64,000 bases of DNA from NCBI GenBank assembly GCA_050246315.1, contig JBFWWG010000003.1, positions 128,001 to 192,000 on the forward strand, written 5' to 3'. The stretch is from Nitrospiraceae bacterium (GTDB lineage: Bacteria; Nitrospirota; Nitrospiria; Nitrospirales; Nitrospiraceae). Positions 41,120 to 50,130 of this stretch are shown here, one piece after another. Made by a program: the position numbers and the translations under genes. Under the pieces are notes generated by a model. It did not search any database. It saw only the letters and a list, made by a program, of their open reading frames with translations, and was not told the DNA's origin. Each line of letters starts with the position of its first letter. Within the stretch, counting starts at the first letter, position 1.

Positions 41120-41919
41120 GTGCACTGAGCGCATCGGAACAGTGGGATCGCTATTGGACGCCGCAGACGCCCACTGTTCGATCGAAGACCATGAGCCTGG
41201 TGCTCGATCGAATCAAGATGGAATACCTGCGGTCCATGCTGCCTCCATCCGGTTTGAGCTTGGAGGTCGGAGCCGGCTCCGGCCGGCTTTCCTGTTGGAT
41301 GGGGCGGTCGGGCTATCGTACGGTGTGCGTCGATTATTCGGCACAGGCCCTTCAAGCAGCCCGAGCCAATTATGCGGAGGAAGCGATCGCCGGATCGCTC
41401 GTCCGCGGAGACGGATTCACCTTGCCAATCCAGACCAACACCTGTGACGTGGTCCTGTCCACGGGACTGCTGGAACACTTTGCCGATCCGTTTCCGATTG
41501 TGAAGGAAATGGTCCGCGTCCTCCGACCCGGCGGCCTCTTCTACTCGGATATCGTGCCCAGGAAATTCTCGCTCTTTCGGTCACTGGAGTGGTTGACTCG
41601 TTGGAGGCAATACTTGACGGGGACCGCAGAAGTGACGCCGTCTCTGTTCGAGCGACCCTTCTCCACCGAGGAGGTACGGCTCCTGCTGGAGCGCGCCCAC
41701 TTGCGGCACATTCACGTGTTTCCCGCTGGGGTGGTTCCACCCTACCTTCCATTCCTGTCGCGATACGACTGGATGCGAACGCTCCAGGTTCGAGTCGTCG
41801 AACTCACCACAACGTTCTGGCAGACGTGGGACCGGACCAGGGTCGCCGAATGGCTGGGATTCTATTACTTCGCCACGGGGCATAAACCCTCATCTGCCCG
41901 TCATCGCCCCGCTGAATAG
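41116..41919 (+). CDS. Class I SAM-dependent methyltransferase
   Basis: LEVGAGSG, VDYS, GLLEHF, EMVRVLRPGG. Confidence 0.9.
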   Translation: MSALSASEQWDRYWTPQTPTVRSKTMSLVLDRIKMEYLRSMLPPSGLSLEVGAGSGRLSCWMGRSGYRTVCVDYSAQALQAARANYAEEAIAGSLVRGDGFTLPIQTNTCDVVLSTGLLEHFADPFPIVKEMVRVLRPGGLFYSDIVPRKFSLFRSLEWLTRWRQYLTGTAEVTPSLFERPFSTEEVRLLLERAHLRHIHVFPAGVVPPYLPFLSRYDWMRTLQVRVVELTTTFWQTWDRTRVAEWLGFYYFATGHKPSSARHRPAE

Positions 41920-41938
41920 GAAATCCAGGAGCCGCCCA

Positions 41939-42691
41939 ATGGACGAGATCGAACCGACCGGCACCTATCGGCCGCAATACCGTTTTCGATTTCGGAGCGC
42001 GGTCCGTTGGCTGGACCCTCTCCCGCAAATCAAAGAATGGCTCGCAGGCCTCGTGCGCCGCGTCCTGCGCCGCGTCTTCGAACCGGGCATGGTCACCACA
42101 GAACGGGTCGTTGAGTATCCATTCGTCTTTGAGAACCTCAAGAATGTTCGGGGCCACGTCCTCGACGTGGGCTGCTGTCATAGCCGCCTCCCGATTGCGC
42201 TGGCCTCGCGCGGCTACCAGGTCGTCGGACTGGACTTTCACTCCTATGTGTTTCGGCATCCCTGTCTCCAGGCGATTCGCGGCGATCTCACGTCGCTGCC
42301 GTTTGCTCCGGCCTCATTCGACGCCGTCGTAGCCGTGTCGGTCATCGAGCATATCGGTATCGGCCACTACGGCGAGCCGGAAGCGGCGACCGGGGATCGG
42401 CACGCGGTGCGACAGCTTGCCCGAATCCTCAAGCGGAACGGCCGTCTGATCTTGACCGTGCCGTTCGGAGTCTCCCTCACGAATCACTGGATGCGCGTTT
42501 ATGATTCGCACCGGCTTACAACCCTCTGTGAACCGGTCATGATCGACACCATCGAGTTTGCCGTGGCGCGATCGGGCATCTGGAGGCCGAGCTCGCGCGA
42601 AGAAGCCCAAACCGTAGACTGGACAGGACCGGACCGCGCAATCGCCATGATCGTGGCCACCGCCGCTTTGTCAACAGGGATCGGTACATGA
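41939..42691 (+). CDS. Class I SAM-dependent methyltransferase (DUF268-like)
   Basis: ERVVEYPF, VLDVGC, SVIEHIGIGHYG, ILTVPFG, RVYD. Confidence 0.88.
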   Translation: MDEIEPTGTYRPQYRFRFRSAVRWLDPLPQIKEWLAGLVRRVLRRVFEPGMVTTERVVEYPFVFENLKNVRGHVLDVGCCHSRLPIALASRGYQVVGLDFHSYVFRHPCLQAIRGDLTSLPFAPASFDAVVAVSVIEHIGIGHYGEPEAATGDRHAVRQLARILKRNGRLILTVPFGVSLTNHWMRVYDSHRLTTLCEPVMIDTIEFAVARSGIWRPSSREEAQTVDWTGPDRAIAMIVATAALSTGIGT

Positions 42692-43866
42692 AGCGCCTGC
42701 TCTTTCTCGCCCCAAGCCTGCCGTCGCCCACCTTCGGCGGCGGCGCGATCCGGATGTATCAGCTCGTCCGGTTTCTCGGGCAACGGTTCGATCTGGATCT
42801 GATCGCTCCGGAGACGCCGGGGACGGAGGGGAGTGAGACGCAATTGCGGTCTTGGTGCCGAGAGGTCAAAATCGTTCCGCAAACCCAACGGCCCGCTTGG
42901 CGGACAGGCAGCCGTCTGGGTCCCTATGAGAAGGATCCCGCCTTGGCCGAAGCCATCCTGCACCGGCTCCGGGACAGGAGATACGGCGCCCTGCAGATCG
43001 AAAAACCGGCCATGATTCCCTATCTTCCCGCCGATCTGCCCATCCCCTTGGTCTTGGATATCTGGGCCTACGGGCTTACTGGTCCGCTCCGCGCAATGAG
43101 GCAGGAGAAGGGGACGCTGGTCCGAGCACGCAATGCGATTCGGGTGATGCGATTCGGCCTCTTCGATGCGTTCTGTTGGCCCCACACGGCCTGCGTCCTG
43201 GTCGTCTCGGAGGAGGATCGGCGACGTTGTCTCCGCACCAGGCCGGAACGCCAGGTGTTGGTGGTTCCCAACGGTGTGGATTCCTCCGATGTCACCCCGC
43301 CGCTGTCCAACGAGTTTCCTCACGGCGTGATCCTGTTTACCGGAGACTTGACCTTCGGTCCCAATATCGACGCGGCGGAACTACTGGCGTTGCGTCTCCT
43401 CCCGAGGGTTCTGGCCAGCCACCCCGAGGCCGAATTACGTCTGGTTGGACGCAATCCCGGTCCACGCCTGCAACGGTTGGCCGGTCCACGCGTGCGCATC
43501 ATTGCGAACGTGCCTGACATGCGACCCTATCTCCACGATGCCACGGTCTTCGCGGCACCGCATTTCACGGGAGCCGGAACCAGGACAAAGATCTTGGAGG
43601 CGATGGCGGCCGGCCTGCCCGTAGTGACGACGAGCATCGGAGCACAGGGAATCGAGGCGGAAGCAGGCCGTGATCTCATCGTGACGGATGATCTGCCGGC
43701 GCTCGGCGAAGCCCTGTGCGGGTTGTTGGCCGATCCCTGGATGAGAGCCGATTTGGGGCGAGCGGCAAGGCACTTGATCGAAGACCGTTACGATTGGGAC
43801 CGCTGCCTTGCGCCCCTGGAAGGCCTGTACCACACGTGGTTGAGGGAACGGGCGATTGCATGTTGA
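42688..43866 (+). CDS. Glycosyltransferase family 4
   Basis: GGAIR, VVPNGVD, F.PNIDA, GAGTRTKILEAMAAGLPVVTT. Confidence 0.92.
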   Translation: MKRLLFLAPSLPSPTFGGGAIRMYQLVRFLGQRFDLDLIAPETPGTEGSETQLRSWCREVKIVPQTQRPAWRTGSRLGPYEKDPALAEAILHRLRDRRYGALQIEKPAMIPYLPADLPIPLVLDIWAYGLTGPLRAMRQEKGTLVRARNAIRVMRFGLFDAFCWPHTACVLVVSEEDRRRCLRTRPERQVLVVPNGVDSSDVTPPLSNEFPHGVILFTGDLTFGPNIDAAELLALRLLPRVLASHPEAELRLVGRNPGPRLQRLAGPRVRIIANVPDMRPYLHDATVFAAPHFTGAGTRTKILEAMAAGLPVVTTSIGAQGIEAEAGRDLIVTDDLPALGEALCGLLADPWMRADLGRAARHLIEDRYDWDRCLAPLEGLYHTWLRERAIAC

Positions 43867-44894
43867 CGAGTTCCATTGTGGTGCCCATCTTGAATGCCGC
43901 CCGCACCCTCCCGGTTTGCCTGCGCGCGCTGGACCGACTCTGTCCCGCTCCAGACGAAGTGGTCCTCGTCGATAACGGATCGACCGACGGCAGCCTCCGT
44001 TTGGCCCAGACCTTTGCAGGCGAGCCCCATCCGTTTCGAGTTCGACTTCTCTCGTCTGCGCCATACAGCGCCTCCATCGCGCGCAATGCCGGGTTCAAGG
44101 CCGCGACCGGAGACATCGTCGTATTTACAGATGCGGATTGTTCGCCCGAACCGAACTGGCTCGGGCGTTTGCTCGAATGCTTTGACCATCACCAGATCGG
44201 CGCCGTGGCCGGCCGTGTGGTCGGCCATCCTGGATCCACGTTGCCCGAGCTCTTCAGCACGCTCTATACGCTACGGCTTCCCAAGGAGGCCTCGCTCCAC
44301 GACCGTTGGACTCCGATACAGGGAGGCTTTCCAACCGCCAATCTTGCGGTCCGCCGGATCGTTCTGGAACGAATCCAGGGGTTCGACGAACGAGTGGCCA
44401 TTTATGGAGAGGATTACGATCTCTGCGTGAGACTTTATGCAGATGGCTGGCAACTCCGGTACCGGCCGGAGGCGAAGGTCATTCACCATCACCGGACAAC
44501 ATTGGCCGGGCTCCTGCGACAGGCCTTCGGGTTCGGATTGGGCCATGCCTATCTGATCCACACACATCTCCACAGAGGGATGCGCATTGATCTCCCGAGG
44601 GGCTCAGCCACCTGGAGCCGAGCTCCGATTCCCGGTTGGATTGATTGCGCCTCCGCCGATAAGAAATGCCTGGCGATCCTGGCCTGTTCGCTCATCGTCC
44701 CAGCCCTTGGCTGGCTAGTCCCTGCCTATTGGTTGCTGCTGGCTCTACAGGCACGCCAGCGGGCCGTCGCCGAACAGCTCGATGCCTCATGGATCGCCTC
44801 GGTCGGCCTGGGAGCCCTGCTGATCGCCAAATCCGGAGCGATGACAGCCGGCCGGTGGGTCGGGTCGGTGAGGTACGGAGCGTTCTGTCTATGA
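43860..44894 (+). CDS. Glycosyltransferase family 2 with C-terminal membrane segments
   Basis: SIVVP, VDNGSTD, ARNAG, FTDADC, GFDE, GEDYD. Confidence 0.92.
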   Translation: MLTSSIVVPILNAARTLPVCLRALDRLCPAPDEVVLVDNGSTDGSLRLAQTFAGEPHPFRVRLLSSAPYSASIARNAGFKAATGDIVVFTDADCSPEPNWLGRLLECFDHHQIGAVAGRVVGHPGSTLPELFSTLYTLRLPKEASLHDRWTPIQGGFPTANLAVRRIVLERIQGFDERVAIYGEDYDLCVRLYADGWQLRYRPEAKVIHHHRTTLAGLLRQAFGFGLGHAYLIHTHLHRGMRIDLPRGSATWSRAPIPGWIDCASADKKCLAILACSLIVPALGWLVPAYWLLLALQARQRAVAEQLDASWIASVGLGALLIAKSGAMTAGRWVGSVRYGAFCL

Positions 44895-45901
44895 CGCCAT
44901 CCGTCTCAATCATTCTCTGTTCCAAAGATCGTCCCGACGACCTGACCCGGGCGATCGCCTCCATCCGGAGCTGCGATGAAATCGGACGGCAGGCCGAACT
45001 GGTCGTGGTGGAGGAATGTTCCCAAGCACGCGCCATTCCCGGCGTTCGTTATGTTCACCTGCCACCGTTGGGCCTCGGATTCGGCCATGCGCGCAATACC
45101 GGTTTGATGGCCGCCGGCGGCGACATCTTGCTCTTCATCGACGATGATTGCCGAGCCGTGCCGGGATGGGCCTCCGCTCTCGTCCGCCATTTTTCATCAG
45201 ATCCATCGGTCCTCGGTGTGGCGGGTGCCGTCCTGGTCAAAGACTGCGGCCTGATCGGTCATGCGGAACATATCCTGGGATTTCCGGGTGGCGGGCTTCG
45301 CACCGTGCATGAGGCCAGGGGGCGCGTGATTCCTACCTGCCACCTTTCCACCTGCAACTGTGCCTACCGCCGCACGGCCTTGGAACGAATCGGCGGCTTT
45401 CCAGAAGAGACGACATGGGGCGGGGAGGATGCGTTGGTCGCGGAGCGGATCTCGGCGATCGGCCCCTGTCTGTTTGCACCGGACGCGCAGGTTTACCACC
45501 GGACCCGCGATGGGCTGGGCCAGATCTTCCTCTGGTTTGTCAGGCGAGGACGCAGCGATGTGGCCACCATCCGGTATCACGCCGACCGTCGTCGCTACAT
45601 AACCGGTCTCCTGCGCCATTCCTGGGCCTTCAAAGCGATCCCGCTCGTGGGATTCATGGCCGTCGTGCCAAACCCGATTTCCCTTCTGAGCCTCATGATC
45701 CTGATCTACTATGGGGTTCTACTTCGACGTTATCGCTTTGCCCGGCAATATGACCCCCATCGGAAGGCCCTTTGGTTGGTGCCGATTGTGAAACTCGTCA
45801 TGGATCTGGGCGCCGATGTGGGCCGGATAATGGCCTCGTTCGCGAAGGCCTCGACCGGAACTACACGATCCTCGGCGCCCGAAACGACCACAAGACCATG
45901 A
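44891..45901 (+). CDS. Glycosyltransferase family 2 with C-terminal membrane segments
   Basis: SIILCSKDR, ARNTG, FIDDDC, GGF, GED. Confidence 0.92.
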   Translation: MTPSVSIILCSKDRPDDLTRAIASIRSCDEIGRQAELVVVEECSQARAIPGVRYVHLPPLGLGFGHARNTGLMAAGGDILLFIDDDCRAVPGWASALVRHFSSDPSVLGVAGAVLVKDCGLIGHAEHILGFPGGGLRTVHEARGRVIPTCHLSTCNCAYRRTALERIGGFPEETTWGGEDALVAERISAIGPCLFAPDAQVYHRTRDGLGQIFLWFVRRGRSDVATIRYHADRRRYITGLLRHSWAFKAIPLVGFMAVVPNPISLLSLMILIYYGVLLRRYRFARQYDPHRKALWLVPIVKLVMDLGADVGRIMASFAKASTGTTRSSAPETTTRP

Positions 45902-47016
45902 CGGATCACCCGGTTCCCGTGCTGTATGTCTCGCATCATGCCGATATCACCGGCGGGGGAGAGATCAGCCTGCTCGCACTCCTGAAGGGCCTCGACCGTG
46001 AGACCTGGGCCCCGGTTGTCGTCGTTCCCGGCGAAGGCCAGGTGGCCGAACATTGTCGCGCCATGACCGTTCCCACTCATGTCGTTCCCATGCCCTCGTG
46101 CCGGTGGCCAAGCGCGGCCATGCGAGCCGGCGTCAGAACCTTGCGACGGCTCATCGAGGACTCACGCGCGGAGCTGGTGCATGCCAACGGATCGCGAGCC
46201 ATGGTCTATGCAGCCCTGGCTCGCCGAACGACAAGGGCGCGGGTCATCTGGCACGTTCGTGTGGCGGATTCGGACGGCGTGCTGGATCGCCTACTAGCCG
46301 CATCCGCGGATCACATCATTGTCAATTCCCAGGCGGTCGGGGGCCGCTTCCACTATGTCCCGCAGAAGAAGCTGGCCTGCATTCACAACGGGGTTGATCC
46401 GGCCGACTATGGCATGGTGCCAGCGGCGGATCGATCGGCGTTCCGCCGGAGTTATGGGATTCCCGCGGACGTTCCCGTTGTGGTCAGCGTCGGGCGCTTC
46501 GTGCCCTACAAGGGCTATCGGTTTCTGATTCAGGCGGCGCACCGTCTGGTAGGCCGCGTGCCGGAAATTCATTGGCTGCTGGTCGGCGACGGCGAGGAGC
46601 GAAGCGGGCTTGAACGGCTTTCCAAGGATCTGGGTCTCGAACGAATCGTGCACTTTACCGGCTGGCTTTCGCGTCCGCAGTTCGCGCTCTCGGCGGGCGA
46701 CCTCTTCGTGTTGCCCTCGCTCGGCGAGCACTTTGGGCGGGTGCTTCTCGAAGCCATGGCCATGCGCAAGGCGGTGGTGGCGACCAATGCCGGGGGTGTT
46801 CGGGAGATCGTGAAAGCAGGCTTGACCGGCGTGCTCGTCCCGCCATCCGATTCGCAGGCACTGGCCGAGGCGGTGCAGGGGCTGTTGGCCAACCGGTCGT
46901 TGGCCGACTATCTCGGCATCAACGGGAGAGAGCGAGTAGAAACCTATTTCACGCTCGATCGACATCTCCAGGCGGTGGGGAACCTGTATCGATCGTTGCT
47001 CTTCGGTCAACCATGA
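45898..47016 (+). CDS. Glycosyltransferase family 4
   Basis: GGGEISL, IHNGVD, KG, PSLGEHFGRVLLEAM. Confidence 0.93.
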   Translation: MTDHPVPVLYVSHHADITGGGEISLLALLKGLDRETWAPVVVVPGEGQVAEHCRAMTVPTHVVPMPSCRWPSAAMRAGVRTLRRLIEDSRAELVHANGSRAMVYAALARRTTRARVIWHVRVADSDGVLDRLLAASADHIIVNSQAVGGRFHYVPQKKLACIHNGVDPADYGMVPAADRSAFRRSYGIPADVPVVVSVGRFVPYKGYRFLIQAAHRLVGRVPEIHWLLVGDGEERSGLERLSKDLGLERIVHFTGWLSRPQFALSAGDLFVLPSLGEHFGRVLLEAMAMRKAVVATNAGGVREIVKAGLTGVLVPPSDSQALAEAVQGLLANRSLADYLGINGRERVETYFTLDRHLQAVGNLYRSLLFGQP

Positions 47017-47861
47017 CGGCTTGCAATCTCTGCGGAGGCACGGCCTGGACTGTTCTGGATGACCTGGCGCTCACCAGGGTGGTGCGTTGTTCCTGTGAGC
47101 TGGTCTTCGTCACACCCTTGCCGGACCGGCCGACCATCGAATCGACCTACGACGCCCACTACTACCAAGAATGGCAATCCCAGGCCGCCGAACGCCGACG
47201 CATGTGGATCACGCGCATGCAACTGGTGGAGTCCCTGTGGCCTGGGGAGGGGACTCTCTTGGATATCGGCTGCGGCGAAGGGACATTTTTGCGGTTGACC
47301 AGAAGCCGTGGTTGGCATGGTGTCGGCACAGAGTTGTCCGGCTTTGCCTCCCAGGCCTCGCCTGATCTGACGATTCATCACGGAGAGGTCTGGGAAGCCG
47401 GACTTCGCCCCGGCTCATTCGACGTCGTGACCTGCTGGCACGTCATAGAACACGTCAGAGATCCCTTGCGTCTCCTTTCAGAAGTTTTCCGGCTACTCCG
47501 TCCAGGAGGTCTCTTGTTACTGGCAACTCCCAACGGGCGTGATTATCTGTTCCGCCTGGCCTATCTGGTCGCCAGAGGACGTTGGCCTCCGCTTTACGAA
47601 CCAGATGAACGGGAGCTGCATCTCTATTACTTCAACGCGGCCACACTACGGGCCTTGGCGGAAAAGGCCGGGTTTCGGGATCTGACGATCGGCTATGACG
47701 AGGGGGCCGCAGTGACACCGGCCAAACGGCTGGTAGACCGGCTGGGCTATTGGTGGTACCGCGCGACCGGCCTGCATTGGGGCATGGGTCTCCAGCTTGT
47801 CGCGCGCAGGACGGGAGGATCGGAGGCGTCTGCCAGACCACGATCTTCGGGGCCATTATGA
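47013..47861 (+). CDS. Class I SAM-dependent methyltransferase with N-terminal Cys (Zn) motif
   Basis: CNLCG...RCSC; LLDIGCGEG; WHVIEHVRDP; TPN; HLYYF. Confidence 0.9.
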   Translation: MTACNLCGGTAWTVLDDLALTRVVRCSCELVFVTPLPDRPTIESTYDAHYYQEWQSQAAERRRMWITRMQLVESLWPGEGTLLDIGCGEGTFLRLTRSRGWHGVGTELSGFASQASPDLTIHHGEVWEAGLRPGSFDVVTCWHVIEHVRDPLRLLSEVFRLLRPGGLLLLATPNGRDYLFRLAYLVARGRWPPLYEPDERELHLYYFNAATLRALAEKAGFRDLTIGYDEGAAVTPAKRLVDRLGYWWYRATGLHWGMGLQLVARRTGGSEASARPRSSGPL

Positions 47862-48961
47862 AATTGGGCATCGATGGGCGGGAGCTGCAGAGAGGGATGC
47901 GGACGGGAATCGGCCGCTACCTGAGGGAAATCCTGCGGGCACTCGATCGCCATAAGTGGGATTGCATCGTCTACGGCGAGCGGTCCACCGCTCTGCCTCA
48001 AGACCTAGCCCACATCCCGGTGAAGCGGCTGGCCGCGCCCTGGACATCCTGGTGGGATCAGATTACTCTCCCGGCGTCGCTTCGCGCGGACGAGGTGACG
48101 GTGTTCTTTTCCCCCTATTACAAGTGCCCATTGCGGACGACTTGTCCCACCGTCATCACCATTCACGACCTGCTGTTCATCGGATATCCGGGCGCCCATC
48201 GCCCGATCCACGACCGCGCCATGACGCGTCTCGCGAAACTCTATGCTGACCGAGCGACCAGCATCGTTGCCGATTCCGAATTCTCGAAGCAGTCGATCGT
48301 CGATCGTCTGGGTGTCGATGCCGCAAAGGTGACGGTCGTGCCGGTCGGTCTCGGACCGGAGTTCCGTCCGACTCCGATTCAACCGGATCTCCTGGCCCGC
48401 TACGGCATCACCGATCGTTATGTGCTGACAATCGGCAATTTCATGCCTCACAAGAATCTCCGGCGATTGGTGCAAGCCTTTGCCCGGTTATCGTCCGGGC
48501 TCCGCAGTCGCTACCACCTCGTACTCGCGGGGCGGGGCTCCGGCGCTGCTTCTCTTCTGAAGCAGGAGGCGCGCACGTTGCAGATCGAAGACCGTTTGTG
48601 GTTTCCCGGTCCGATCCATGATGAGCACCTTCCCATGGTGTATAGCGGGGCCGACTTGTTCGTGCTGCCATCGCTGGCAGAGGGCTTCGGACTTCCGGCG
48701 CTGGAAGCGATGGCTTGCGGAACAGCGGTCGTGGTTTCGAATCACACGTCGCTCCCCGAGGTCGTCGGCACCGCAGGAGCCTTGTGCGATCCGACCGATC
48801 CAGGATCGTTGGCTGCGACCTTGGAGCGAGTGTTGGAGGACCGGAGCCTTCGTGAGGACCTTGGCCGAAGAGGTATCGAGCGCGCCCGCCGTTTTACTCC
48901 CGATCGCACGACTGGGCAAGTACTTCATATCATCGAACGGGCGGCAAAGTTGGCGGCATAA
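47858..48961 (+). CDS. Glycosyltransferase family 4
   Basis: GIDGR, TGIGRY, TIHDL, HKNL, PSLAEGFGLPALEAMACG. Confidence 0.93.
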   Translation: MKLGIDGRELQRGMRTGIGRYLREILRALDRHKWDCIVYGERSTALPQDLAHIPVKRLAAPWTSWWDQITLPASLRADEVTVFFSPYYKCPLRTTCPTVITIHDLLFIGYPGAHRPIHDRAMTRLAKLYADRATSIVADSEFSKQSIVDRLGVDAAKVTVVPVGLGPEFRPTPIQPDLLARYGITDRYVLTIGNFMPHKNLRRLVQAFARLSSGLRSRYHLVLAGRGSGAASLLKQEARTLQIEDRLWFPGPIHDEHLPMVYSGADLFVLPSLAEGFGLPALEAMACGTAVVVSNHTSLPEVVGTAGALCDPTDPGSLAATLERVLEDRSLREDLGRRGIERARRFTPDRTTGQVLHIIERAAKLAA

Positions 48962-48981
48962 CAGATGGCAAGGAGCCGTTC

Positions 48982-49923
48982 ATGATCCGGGCTGTGCCCT
49001 GCGCCTGTCGCGACAATATAGCGGAGGTGATGAGAATACGGTCCGGAATGCGATTGGCCCAGTGCCGAGCCTGCGGCCTCATCGCCCGTCCGGACGCTCC
49101 CCCTCCGCACGCGCTGGAACGTTTCTATGACCGCGAGTACAACCGGTGCTTCGAGGCCGAACAGTCCGGTACGAGAGACAATCTCCAGGTCCATGCGCTC
49201 CGGCGCATCGAGTCGCGCGTCCGGAATCTTGATCGACAGCCGAACACCCACCCGGCTCCTCAGGGTCATCTTATTGATGTCGGCTGCGGAAGAGGCCGAC
49301 TGCTCCACCTGGCGAGGCAAGCAGGATGGTCGGTCGTGGGATTCGATCCGTCCAGCGACAGAGAGATTCCCGGTGCTGCCGAAATTGAAATTCGCCGTGC
49401 TTCATGGCCTATCGTGAACATCGCCGACGACTCAGCGGATGCCATCGTCTTTCTCAATGTGTTGGACCACCTGCCCGACCCCCTCCTGGCCCTACAGGCG
49501 GCCTGGCGGGCGCTTCGTCCCGGCGGCGCAATCTACGTTCGAGTGCCCAACGGCCCGTTTCATCTCCGCCTATTGACCGGGCGTTGGGGGCGGACGCTGT
49601 CGGCCATGACCGTCTTCCACCTCTACGGATTCGGCCGACGTTCGCTCCAGCATTTTCTCGCCCGCACCGGGTTCGAACGGATCGATATCCGCACGGCTCC
49701 CTTGAGCGAGGGGGACGCCTATGCGAGTGGGACAACGCGACGGACGGCCCGGTCGGTGGCGAAGCATGCGTTGAAGGCGGGCTACAACTTGTCGGCCTGG
49801 GTTGGGCTCGACCGATGGCCCTGGGGTCCGTCGATTGAAGCCCTCGCGTCAAAACCGAACCGATCGCCGGATCTCATGGGGCGTGTCGGCTCCCGTTCTG
49901 AGACACAGGATCGCGCAGGATGA
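48982..49923 (+). CDS. Class I SAM-dependent methyltransferase with N-terminal Cys motif
   Basis: CAC...CRACGL; IDVGCGRG; NVLDHLPDP; VPN; HLYGF. Confidence 0.88.
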   Translation: MIRAVPCACRDNIAEVMRIRSGMRLAQCRACGLIARPDAPPPHALERFYDREYNRCFEAEQSGTRDNLQVHALRRIESRVRNLDRQPNTHPAPQGHLIDVGCGRGRLLHLARQAGWSVVGFDPSSDREIPGAAEIEIRRASWPIVNIADDSADAIVFLNVLDHLPDPLLALQAAWRALRPGGAIYVRVPNGPFHLRLLTGRWGRTLSAMTVFHLYGFGRRSLQHFLARTGFERIDIRTAPLSEGDAYASGTTRRTARSVAKHALKAGYNLSAWVGLDRWPWGPSIEALASKPNRSPDLMGRVGSRSETQDRAG

Positions 49924-50123
49924 GAACCACCTTCACAAGTCGATGGAAGCAACAGCTCAAGTGGGGGGAGGCGACCGTCCTGCTGGCCCTGTTGACCGCG
50001 CTATTGGTGCTCGGCCTCAGTTATTTCATCCGTACTTATTACCAGCACGACCTCAAGGACTATCATCCCTTCGATTCAGAGCGAGAGTTTCAACTGCAAC
50101 AGGCCAAGCCAGAGAAACGGTGA
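49920..50123 (+). CDS. Small single-pass membrane protein
   Basis: ATGA overlap with the upstream gene; 7-nt gap to asnB; one hydrophobic helix. Confidence 0.7.
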   Translation: MRTTFTSRWKQQLKWGEATVLLALLTALLVLGLSYFIRTYYQHDLKDYHPFDSEREFQLQQAKPEKR

Positions 50124-50130
50124 CCGGACC

